Of a stretch of 64,000 nucleotides of DNA, positions 20,286 to 28,982 are shown in pieces (position 1 is the first letter of the stretch; every line of letters begins with the position of its first letter). A program made the translations under genes and the position numbers. Source of the DNA: Sedimentisphaerales bacterium (GTDB lineage: Bacteria > Planctomycetota > Phycisphaerae > Sedimentisphaerales > SM23-30); the NCBI GenBank assembly GCA_963663965.2, contig CAXXFK010000029.1, positions 224,001-288,000 of the forward strand, in the 5' to 3' direction. The notes beneath the pieces are model-generated. The model did no database searches. It saw only the letters and a list, made by a program, of their open reading frames with translations, and was not told the DNA's origin.

Positions 20286-22052
20286 TTATTGCCGTGAGTA
20301 TACTTTGTACACCGCTTCCAGCGGTTCAGGTAGTAGATCATCAGGATAAGCATTTTGCAGACCGGCGGCAACCAGTCCCAGGAACATTTGCTGGGGGCGC
20401 ATGGGACGGCTGGTCATGCAGGGATGGGCCTGAGTGCCAATAAAAAATGGATGATCGGGCAATTCTAAAATCTGCATGATGGGTTCGCCCGGAGCCTTGC
20501 CTGAAAATACCAGGCCGGCTTGCGTGAGGCGTTCAATATACTTGGGGTCCACTTCCAGACGATGACGGAAACGCATTCGAACACTGGTTTGCCGGCCAAA
20601 AAGTTCCCATGCAAAAGTGTTAGGCGTGATTTCAACATCTTTACCGCCCAATCTCATGGTACCACCCAGGCCAGTGATGCCTTTTTGCTGAGGCAGAATA
20701 TCTATTACTTTATTATTGCCATTGGGATCGACTTCGCTGCTGCAGGCACCTGCAATACCACAGACGTTTCGGGCAAATTCGACCACGGCCATCTGAAATC
20801 CAAAGCAGATTCCCAGATAAGGCAAGTTGTTTTCACGGGCGTATTTGATACAGGCAATTTTGCCTTCCGCACCCCGGGCGCCAAATCCACCCGGTACAAT
20901 GATGCCATGGAGACCTTTGAGCTTTTCAGCGGCGTTGTCATTATTCAGATCTGTGGTATCGATCCAGGCAATATCAACATGGGCGCCCAGATTGGTGCCG
21001 CTATGTTCGAGGGCGTGAATAATGCTGGCATAGCTGTCACGAAGAGAAGTATATTTTCCCGTAATACCGATTTTGACGGTGCGGTTAATGCGATCCAGTT
21101 TGTCAACATATTCGCACCATTTATTCCAGGCTTCCCGTTCATGCCTGAGATCGACACGCTCTTCCAGCTTAAGCAGGCGCAGTACTTCAAAATCATATCC
21201 CAGTTCCCGAAGCATATTGGGGATCACATAGATGCTGTGACAGTCATGCATACTGAAAACGCGCTCGAGGGGAACGTTGGTGTACTGTGCTATTTTCTGG
21301 CGGACTTTGGTGACGACCGGACGATTAGCCCGGCACGCGATAATCTGGGGTTGTACGCCCATTTCCATGAGTCGTTTAATACCGAGTTGAGCCGCCTTGG
21401 ATTTCTGTTCGCCCAGGGTTGGAGGTTCCAATACATGGGTCAGGGCCACAAAACAGACGGAATGCGGCCCTTCTTCATAGGCCAGTTCACGCATCGCTTC
21501 GATATAATAGGCGTTTTCCACATCACCAACAGTCCCTCCGATTTCAACAAAAATAATATCGGACTGGGATTTTACCGCCAGTTCACGCAGGCGAAGTTTT
21601 ACTTCGCCGGTGACATGGGGAATCATCTGAACATCGCGACCAAGATAATCTCCATGACGCTCCTTGTTGAGAACGTGGGTATATATCTGGCCGCTGGTCG
21701 TGAAGTTGAAGCGATTCAGATTCATGTCGAGCAGGCGTTCATAGGTTCCCAGGTCCATGTCGCACTCCATTCCATCATCAAGGACAAAGACCTCTCCATG
21801 GCGGAATGGATTGAGTGTTCCGGAATCGATATTGAGGTATCCTTCGAGTTTGATGGGAGAGATGCGCAGGCCCTTATCCTGGAGGAGTTTGGCCAGACTG
21901 GAAGAAAAGATGCCTTTGCCCAGTCCGCTGATAACGGTACCCATAATGACAACATATTTACACCGTCCGCGTATATAACCATCGGGCATGGGGGTATAAA
22001 ATTCCGTGTCATCTGACATATTACTAACGCTATTGATCAGATCTTCGCTCAA
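20286..22052 (-). CDS. pyrG: CTP synthase
   Basis: GTVISGLGKG, HGEVFV, EIGGTVGD, VPGGFG, GICFGFQ, RLG; start may be ATG 22019. Confidence 0.96.
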   Translation of the reverse strand: MSEDLINSVSNMSDDTEFYTPMPDGYIRGRCKYVVIMGTVISGLGKGIFSSSLAKLLQDKGLRISPIKLEGYLNIDSGTLNPFRHGEVFVLDDGMECDMDLGTYERLLDMNLNRFNFTTSGQIYTHVLNKERHGDYLGRDVQMIPHVTGEVKLRLRELAVKSQSDIIFVEIGGTVGDVENAYYIEAMRELAYEEGPHSVCFVALTHVLEPPTLGEQKSKAAQLGIKRLMEMGVQPQIIACRANRPVVTKVRQKIAQYTNVPLERVFSMHDCHSIYVIPNMLRELGYDFEVLRLLKLEERVDLRHEREAWNKWCEYVDKLDRINRTVKIGITGKYTSLRDSYASIIHALEHSGTNLGAHVDIAWIDTTDLNNDNAAEKLKGLHGIIVPGGFGARGAEGKIACIKYARENNLPYLGICFGFQMAVVEFARNVCGIAGACSSEVDPNGNNKVIDILPQQKGITGLGGTMRLGGKDVEITPNTFAWELFGRQTSVRMRFRHRLEVDPKYIERLTQAGLVFSGKAPGEPIMQILELPDHPFFIGTQAHPCMTSRPMRPQQMFLGLVAAGLQNAYPDDLLPEPLEAVYKVYSRQ

Positions 22053-22150
22053 ATCTCTGTGCCTTTCGAAAATATAATAATTTCAATAACTGGTGCTTAT
22101 TTTGTCGGATAAATATCTATGTCAAATCCTGAATTAATTCATAATCCTGT

Positions 22151-22894
22151 TTATGCTGAGGTTGCCTGCCATCGAGTCAGAAAATCCTGATATTGTTCAG
22201 GTGTGTCAATACCAGAGGCTGTATGTTGAACTTTCGCAACAGCAATCGAGATCCCGTTTTCAAGGGCTCGTAGCTGCTCCAGTTTTTCCATTTGTTCCAA
22301 TGGTGCGGGAGGAAGTTTACTGAACATCATTAAAACATCGCGACGATAGGCATAGATTCCAATATGCTTATAATATTGGCGATTAAACGGGGCATTATCC
22401 CGATTAAATGGAATCGGACATCTGGAAAAATATAACGCTTTACCCTGATTATTGATAACAACTTTAACAATATTTAAATTATTGATGTCATCCGGATTGT
22501 CGATTTGGGAAATCAACGTCCCCATCCCGGCATCAGTCTGGTCGCACATAAGCTGGACGAGTGTGTCGATGTTTTCCGGAGGCAATTCGGGCTCATCGCC
22601 CTGAACATTGATAATCAGGTCCGTGGTTATGTTTTCAGCTACTTCAGCCAGCCGGTCAGTTCCGCAAGTATGATCTGATCTGGTCATGATCCAGTCAGCG
22701 CCAAAATTTGAACAGGCATCGGCTATGCGGGGGTCATCAACGGCGATAATAGTCCGGTCGATTCGTCTGGCCTGGATAACCTGTTCATAAACATGCTGGA
22801 TCACAAATTTACCAGTCTGTTTAGCTAGAAGCTTTCCGGGAAACCGAGTAGAAGCATAACGAGCAGGTATGATGGCAGTTACATTCATAAACAT
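22151..22894 (-). CDS. kdsB: 3-deoxy-manno-octulosonate cytidylyltransferase
   Basis: IIPARYASTRFPGK, GTDR, NVQGDEP, ALYFSR, HIGIYAYR, EKLEQLRALE. Confidence 0.96.
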   Translation of the reverse strand: MFMNVTAIIPARYASTRFPGKLLAKQTGKFVIQHVYEQVIQARRIDRTIIAVDDPRIADACSNFGADWIMTRSDHTCGTDRLAEVAENITTDLIINVQGDEPELPPENIDTLVQLMCDQTDAGMGTLISQIDNPDDINNLNIVKVVINNQGKALYFSRCPIPFNRDNAPFNRQYYKHIGIYAYRRDVLMMFSKLPPAPLEQMEKLEQLRALENGISIAVAKVQHTASGIDTPEQYQDFLTRWQATSA

Positions 22895-23237
22895 CTATAA
22901 TTTACAGATTTAAAACAATTATTAACTGCAGGAAAATAATAGCAAAGTAGAGGTATCCTGTCAAAGGTTAATTCATGGACCTATATTTCGTTGTAACTAA
23001 AGCTGCGTGAGAAAAGGTTGTATATCAGACTGGAAATATTTAATGGAATGAACAAATCCGTCAAAATGATAGCATTCCATAATGATCTGTCAATAAAAGG
23101 ATTACGAATCGTTTGTTCAATAATATGTTGTTTTGCGACAACATCGTCTGGACAGGAGATGAAGCCAGAACGGGATTTTGGCTTATAACTTATTTAATTA
23201 TCAAACGTTATAAGTCGATAGTAATTTTAGTAACTAA

Positions 23238-23253
23238 TGGCATTGTGTTTGCA
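23238..23253 (+). promoter_or_regulatory. Sigma54 (-24/-12) promoter of the PilZ gene
   Basis: TGGCATTGTGTTTGCA = GG-N10-GC, close to consensus TGGCAC-N5-TTGCW; implies the ORF starts at 23298. Confidence 0.75.
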
Positions 23254-23297
23254 TGCTAAGAATGACAATTATTTCAAATCATAAATTAAAAATTATT

Positions 23298-23654
23298 ATG
23301 AACGCATTAGAAGATAACCGTGAATATCGCAGATTAAGTATCAAAATGCCTTTCAAATATCAAAGAAAGCTTGAAGGGCGCAGCGCAGTACAACATGGAG
23401 TCACAAAAAATATAAGTACGGGTGGGATGTATTTTGAGACCGCCAAAGATACTTTCCAGCCGGGAGAATTGCTAACTATAGAGCTTGATGTCAGCGAAAA
23501 TGAAGGCTATTTTCCAACTAATAGTTCAATACAGGCTGTCGGTGAAGTCGTACATATAACACCGGTTCCGGATCTATCCAGTAGCGATAATCATGGATAT
23601 TATAAAAATGGTGTTGGGATAAGGTTTTGTGATTCACTCAAGTTGGTTTTCTAA
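23298..23654 (+). CDS. Stand-alone PilZ domain protein (candidate c-di-GMP receptor)
   Basis: NREYRR (RxxxR) and NISTGG (D/NxSxxG), GEVVH, GVGIRF. Confidence 0.85.
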   Translation: MNALEDNREYRRLSIKMPFKYQRKLEGRSAVQHGVTKNISTGGMYFETAKDTFQPGELLTIELDVSENEGYFPTNSSIQAVGEVVHITPVPDLSSSDNHGYYKNGVGIRFCDSLKLVF

Positions 23655-23658
23655 CAAG

Positions 23659-23694
23659 TTTTAAGCAGGTAGAGCAGTTGTTGGCTGCTTAAAA
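23659..23694 (+). terminator. Inverted repeat after the PilZ gene
   Basis: TTTTAAGCAG ... CTGCTTAAAA 10-bp arms just after the stop codon. Confidence 0.4.
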
Positions 23695-23764
23695 TCTAAC
23701 CATCTGATATTACAATAGTTGTGATTTTTCGCCGTCGGGATATTTCGATTCAAGGAAGTTTGAG

Positions 23765-23793
23765 TTGACAGTCAGGGGAATTGGTTATACATT
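23765..23793 (+). promoter_or_regulatory. Putative sigma70 promoter of lpxB
   Basis: TTGACA-N17-TACATT. Confidence 0.55.
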
Positions 23794-23839
23794 CTGAAAT
23801 TCGAATAATAACGTAAGTGTATTTAATTTAATTGCTTAT

Positions 23840-25033
23840 ATGTTCATGCCGGCTTTCAGAAAGTATCAGATGGCAAAAGACCTGACCAAAGATGAATTGT
23901 TGCACAGACGATTCAAAGTTTTTTTCAGCGCGGCTGAAAGGAGCGGGGATAAACATGCATCACGGTTAATTGAACGATTGCGTGAAAAATATGGTAATCT
24001 GGAGTTTGAAGGTTTAGGGGGGGATCAGATGGAATCTGCCGGGTGTTATTTAATGGAGAATTTGATGTCACGTAGCGCCATGTTAACCCATGCGCTCAAG
24101 CAAGTATTCTTTTATTGGAATTTGCGAAGCAAAATACGGCGCCATTTCGATGAGAATCCGCCTGATCTGGTCGTGGTAGTGGATTCGCCAGCCTGGAATT
24201 TTCATGTCGCCCGGGCCGCGAAGGAGCACGGGATACCGGTTTTGTATTATATTGCCCCCCAGCTGTGGGCATGGGGAAGCTGGCGTTTGAATAAATTGAA
24301 GCGTTGTATCGATAAGGTGGCTTGTATTTTGCCTTTTGAAGAAGCATGGTTTACTCAAAGGGGGGTGAATGCCACGTTTGTTGGTCATCCTCTGTTTGAT
24401 CGAAGCTATCATATTGCAGATCGTCCTTTTCGTACAGAAACGGCGGAAAACTATCCAACAGTGGCTTTATTACCAGGCTCCCGAAAACATGAAATTGAGA
24501 CCTTATGGCAGCCTATGCAGCAAATTGCACGAAAGGTTAAAAAGGAATATCCTGAAGCACGCTTTGTATCGGCGGCTCCCAGTCGGGAATTTGTCGAATT
24601 TCTGACCCAACGCGCGGACCGGGATTTAATGATTGATATTCAGCACCGTCATATTGAAGCGACAGTACGTTATGCTGATCTGGCGCTAGTGGCCTCTGGC
24701 ACAGCTACTCTGGAAGTCGCCGCTCAAGGTTGTCCGATGTTGGTTATGTATCATGTACCGGCATTGCAATGGAATCTGGTAGGACGCTGGTTATTAAAGA
24801 CTCCGTTTATCTCGCTGGTGAATATCCTGTCCGGGCGTGAATTGGTTCCGGAGTTGATTCCGTTTGGCGGCCGTATTCAAAAAGCGACCAGAGAAGCATT
24901 GGATATCCTGGGAACTTATGAACGCAGGCATGAATTAAACAAGGATTTATTGGGACTGATCAAACCCCTGGTTGAGAAAGATGCCCCTGAAGAAGTAGCC
25001 GAATTGATTCGAGAATTACTACCTCATTATTAA
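23840..25033 (+). CDS. lpxB: Lipid-A-disaccharide synthase
   Basis: AAERSGD, VDSPAWN, YYIAPQLWAW, ILPFE, FVGHPL, LLPGSR..E, ASGTATLE; start may be 23870. Confidence 0.93.
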   Translation: MFMPAFRKYQMAKDLTKDELLHRRFKVFFSAAERSGDKHASRLIERLREKYGNLEFEGLGGDQMESAGCYLMENLMSRSAMLTHALKQVFFYWNLRSKIRRHFDENPPDLVVVVDSPAWNFHVARAAKEHGIPVLYYIAPQLWAWGSWRLNKLKRCIDKVACILPFEEAWFTQRGVNATFVGHPLFDRSYHIADRPFRTETAENYPTVALLPGSRKHEIETLWQPMQQIARKVKKEYPEARFVSAAPSREFVEFLTQRADRDLMIDIQHRHIEATVRYADLALVASGTATLEVAAQGCPMLVMYHVPALQWNLVGRWLLKTPFISLVNILSGRELVPELIPFGGRIQKATREALDILGTYERRHELNKDLLGLIKPLVEKDAPEEVAELIRELLPHY

Positions 25034-25073
25034 ATATCAAGTATGATACAATGACCGGGGTATCGAGTAGGGT

Positions 25074-27293
25074 GTGGTGCAAAAAAAGATGAATAAAACC
25101 ATTCAAAACAAAACCGATGGGGTCATCCGATTTGGAACGTTTGGTGGCGTATTTACCCCCTGCACCTTGACAATTCTGGGCGTTATCATGTTCTTGAGAT
25201 TCGGCCAGGTGGTTGGGAATGCGGGCATCTGGCACGGATTATTGATTGTTGGCATGGCCAAGCTGGTTACCATTCTGACATCGTTGTCTTTATCGGCAAT
25301 CGCCACCAATAGTCGGGTTAAAGGTGGCGGGGCCTATTATATGATCAGCCGATCGTTAGGGATAGAATTTGGAGGAGCGATTGGGCTGGTATTCTTTTTA
25401 TCTCAAGCCGTATCGGTGGCTATGTATATTATTGGATTTACAGAAGCTCTAACCAGCGTCATACCGGCGTTAAGCAACCATTTCCGGTTATCCGCGTCGG
25501 TAGTCAACCTGGTAGTATTCATTTGCGTTTATATTGGGGCTGGCTGGACAATCAAGATTCAATATGCCATTTTGTTGATTTTGCTGGGCGCTATTGTATC
25601 ATTCATTGGAGGAGCGATCGGTCATTGGAACCAGGCCCATCTTATTGAGAATCTAAATCCAAAATATGGTGACTCTCAGAACTTATGGACAATGTTTGCG
25701 TTATTTTTTCCGGCGGCAACCGGTATTATGGCTGGAGCTAATATGTCGGGTGATCTGGCCGATCCCGGCAAATCGATTCCACGCGGGACAGTCAGCGCCA
25801 TTGTCTTTACGGGCATGATTTACGGGGCGTTTGTGTTATTCTTAGGCGCAAGCGCTGATCGCAATGCTTTACAGACTGAACACATGATCGTATCCCGACT
25901 GGCCTGGCAGCCTGGATTTATTCTGGCCGGAGTTTTCGCAGCCACCTTGTCTTCAGCCCTGGGCAGCCTGATGGGAGCCCCTCGTATTTTGCAGGCACTT
26001 GCCAGAGATCGGGTTTTTGGCATTCTGAACTTTTTTTCAAGGGGCAGTGGCATCAATAATGAACCTCGACGAGCGACGATTCTGTCGTATCTGATTGCAC
26101 AGGCCGGTATCATGCTGGGGGATCTGAATGCCATCGCTCCCATAACAACGATGTTTTTTATGATAACTTATGGGGCGCTCAATTACGCGGCATTTCAGGA
26201 AGGATGTAGTGGGAATCCCAGTTACAGACCTCGGTTCAAGTATAATCACTGGTCACTCTCATTATTAGGGGCATTATGCTGTGTGATAGCCATGTTATTG
26301 ATTGACTGGCTATGGGCTGTCATTGCGCTTTTACTTATGGTTGCGATATATCGTTATCTGGTACGAGAAGAGATGGAGGCAGCCTGGGGTGATTTGCAAA
26401 GCGGCGCGGCTCTCGGTCGTGTGCGCCGAGAATTGCTGAATCTGGAAGAAATGAGTTATCATCCCAAAAACTGGCGCCCTGTCATTATTGCATTTGGCGT
26501 TCATCGTGAAGAACGATTGCATATGGCGGCAATGGCGCGCTGGCTGGCAGGGCCGACGGGAATGTTAATCATCGGTCAGGTCATTACCAGTGAAGACGAC
26601 GATATTCTTGAGCGTCATCGGCAAGCCAGGCGTCAATTACGAAAACGTATCAGTGAAAATGAGTTGGAGGCATTTCCGGCGGTGACTATCGCGCCCAGTT
26701 TAACCAGTGGGCTTTCCGCTTTGACCCAATGCAGCGGGGTAGGCGCCATTCATCCCAATCTGGTCTTGTTCAACTGGACTAATGATGAGGAAAAACAGGC
26801 AGGTTTGTTAACTAATATGAAAATGGTAACTCGTCTTGGGCGCAGCCTGGCCTTATTACGCTATCAGCCACCACCCACGGAGGATATCTGGGCTGTACCA
26901 TCAGGTACAATTGACGTCTGGTGGCTGGGTTTGGGCAATGGAAGTTTGATGTTACTGTTAGGGCATCTTTTACAGCATAATAATGGCTGGCGCGATCACC
27001 GCATCCGCTTGATCCGCATGATTAAAGATGAGGCCGGCCGTGAGGAAACCCGTCAATATCTGGAGCAACTGGCCACGGATGCCAGGATTCCGGCGGAATG
27101 TAAGGTTTTAATTGGGGATGAATTTACAGAAATTCTGGTCAGGGAAAGCAGTGGCTCCGCATTGTGTATCCTGGGATTGCAAAATCCGATTGAAATGCCG
27201 GATGGGGCAATAAAAAAGCTGGCATCGATGACTGACCGGCTTACGAGGTTATTATTCATCCATAGCGCCGGGGATATGTCGCTGGAAGTATGA
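25074..27293 (+). CDS. Cation-chloride cotransporter (SLC12-like, APC superfamily) with cytoplasmic C-terminal domain
   Basis: FGTFGGVF, ILGVIMFLR, GGGAYYMISRSLG.EFGGAIG, FFPAATGIMAGANMSGDL, YRPRF, KNWRP, IDVWW. Confidence 0.88.
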   Translation: MVQKKMNKTIQNKTDGVIRFGTFGGVFTPCTLTILGVIMFLRFGQVVGNAGIWHGLLIVGMAKLVTILTSLSLSAIATNSRVKGGGAYYMISRSLGIEFGGAIGLVFFLSQAVSVAMYIIGFTEALTSVIPALSNHFRLSASVVNLVVFICVYIGAGWTIKIQYAILLILLGAIVSFIGGAIGHWNQAHLIENLNPKYGDSQNLWTMFALFFPAATGIMAGANMSGDLADPGKSIPRGTVSAIVFTGMIYGAFVLFLGASADRNALQTEHMIVSRLAWQPGFILAGVFAATLSSALGSLMGAPRILQALARDRVFGILNFFSRGSGINNEPRRATILSYLIAQAGIMLGDLNAIAPITTMFFMITYGALNYAAFQEGCSGNPSYRPRFKYNHWSLSLLGALCCVIAMLLIDWLWAVIALLLMVAIYRYLVREEMEAAWGDLQSGAALGRVRRELLNLEEMSYHPKNWRPVIIAFGVHREERLHMAAMARWLAGPTGMLIIGQVITSEDDDILERHRQARRQLRKRISENELEAFPAVTIAPSLTSGLSALTQCSGVGAIHPNLVLFNWTNDEEKQAGLLTNMKMVTRLGRSLALLRYQPPPTEDIWAVPSGTIDVWWLGLGNGSLMLLLGHLLQHNNGWRDHRIRLIRMIKDEAGREETRQYLEQLATDARIPAECKVLIGDEFTEILVRESSGSALCILGLQNPIEMPDGAIKKLASMTDRLTRLLFIHSAGDMSLEV

Positions 27294-27295
27294 AA

Positions 27296-27326
27296 AAAGG
27301 CATGAGTCCGATCAGATCATGCCTTT
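27296..27326. terminator. Bidirectional intrinsic terminator
   Basis: AAAGGCATGA-N11-TCATGCCTTT between convergent genes, flanked by A/T runs. Confidence 0.7.
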
Positions 27327-27350
27327 AAAATGGTGTACAAAAGAGGAAAG

Positions 27351-28736
27351 TTATGCCGTAACGGTTGATTTACTTTTGGTGGTTGTTTTACGTGTTTTGG
27401 TTGCGCCACTTTTCTTAACGGGCCTGTCATTCAGTTCATGTTCCATGTTCAGTAAATCCTGCCAGCATGCCTGGCGGATTTCATTCATAGAAGTTAACCC
27501 GGTTGCCGTTTTTTCAAGCGCATCCACAATGAGTGGAGCATATCCCGCTTTTCTAAAACTGGCGCGCAAGGGGGCCTGTCCGGCATTATTTGTGATTAAT
27601 TCAGACATGGATGGATTAATGGTAACCATTTCAAATACACCGGAGCGGCCAATATGGCCATAGGAACTGCAATCTTCGCAACCCACCGGTTCATAAACAC
27701 AATCCGGAGGTACGACTTTAAAATGTTTATAGAGTGAAACTTCATGCCGGGTTAATTCTCGTTTGGTAGAACAACTCATGCATAACTTGCGAACCAGATT
27801 CTGAGAAATCACCATTCGCAAGGTAGAGCCAATAATGAAATTGGGGACAGACAAATAGTGAAGTGAGTCAACCGCTGCCGCGGCATCGCGCGCGTGAACC
27901 GTTGCGATTACCAGTTTGCCGGCCATGGCGGCACGGGTGGCAGTGATTGCCGATTGTTCATCGCGAATTTCGCCAACGAGAATGACATCCGGATCCATAC
28001 GCAGTATCGTACGCAATCCTTCATACATGGTAAGTCCATGATCCTGGTCCACCTGAATCTGACGCAGCCAGGATAAATTGTATTCGATGGGATCTTCTAT
28101 CGACATGCCAACCTTGTTTCGTAGATCGAGCATCGAGGCCAGGGAGTAAAGCGTAGAAGATTTGCCGGCGCCGGTCGCTCCGCTAACAAGCACCAGACCC
28201 GACGGCGCTTCCATGACTTCACGGCATTGTTTATGGTGTTTGTCGCTCAATCCAAGTTGAGTGATATTATGGATCTTGTCCGGAACAGTCATCACTCTCA
28301 GATGAATTGATTCCCCATTGCCGACTGGAGTCAACGCGATGCGGATATCCTTGGGACCCCATTCTTCCGTCCAGCGAAACTGGCTTTCAGTGGGCATGAA
28401 ATTGCGGCCAATAGGGATTTTGGATGCTATTTTGATCTGGTTGATTAAACGCTGCCCAGGTTCTTTTTCCATTTGGTATAATGGATGAATGATCCCATCG
28501 ACACGCAGCCTGACTTCGATCAGTTTGTTCGGCATGACGTCGATATGAACATCGGACGCACGTTTACGGCTCATCTCGCATAACAAACTATGCAACGGTT
28601 CTGGACATTGTGGCAGAATCGGGATTTCGGTCCAGACATCATCGGGAAGATCTTCAAAATCCGTATGATCATATTGCCCTGAGGAGAATGCGTTTATATC
28701 TACGTCCTGGTGAATCATAATAATCATCGCCTCCAA
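27351..28736 (-). CDS. GspE/PilB family secretion ATPase, short N-terminus
   Basis: ASDVHI, RLRVDG, GATGAGKS, SIEDPIEY, ILRMDPDVILVGEIRD, tetracysteine CxxC...CxxC, GRSGVFE; start uncertain. Confidence 0.9.
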   Translation of the reverse strand: MEAMIIMIHQDVDINAFSSGQYDHTDFEDLPDDVWTEIPILPQCPEPLHSLLCEMSRKRASDVHIDVMPNKLIEVRLRVDGIIHPLYQMEKEPGQRLINQIKIASKIPIGRNFMPTESQFRWTEEWGPKDIRIALTPVGNGESIHLRVMTVPDKIHNITQLGLSDKHHKQCREVMEAPSGLVLVSGATGAGKSSTLYSLASMLDLRNKVGMSIEDPIEYNLSWLRQIQVDQDHGLTMYEGLRTILRMDPDVILVGEIRDEQSAITATRAAMAGKLVIATVHARDAAAAVDSLHYLSVPNFIIGSTLRMVISQNLVRKLCMSCSTKRELTRHEVSLYKHFKVVPPDCVYEPVGCEDCSSYGHIGRSGVFEMVTINPSMSELITNNAGQAPLRASFRKAGYAPLIVDALEKTATGLTSMNEIRQACWQDLLNMEHELNDRPVKKSGATKTRKTTTKSKSTVTA

Positions 28737-28928
28737 ATAGTAATCAATAATGCCTGGGAACCGAGCTGAGATTCACATCCGGCATTTAATTCAAAAGTAA
28801 AATATAAGTTTAGAGCAAGCAAATATTTGGATATCAAATTTTTGTTTTTTTAACGTTGCCATCCGAAAGTTGAATTTAATAATCCGCATATTCGAAAAAA
28901 TTTAACACCTGAATCGATGAAAATAAAC

Positions 28929-28953
28929 AAGGCATCGCTCAAGACGATGCCTT
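28929..28953 (-). terminator. Intrinsic terminator after the TPR gene
   Basis: AAGGCATCG-N7-CGATGCCTT hairpin followed by a T-rich tract on the minus strand. Confidence 0.6.
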
Positions 28954-28982
28954 CTGTTTCAATGATGGTACGAACATATCTA

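Noticed and set aside
20520..22016. 498-aa ORF on the + strand
   Set aside because: Lies entirely antisense to pyrG with no recognisable motifs; typical shadow ORF
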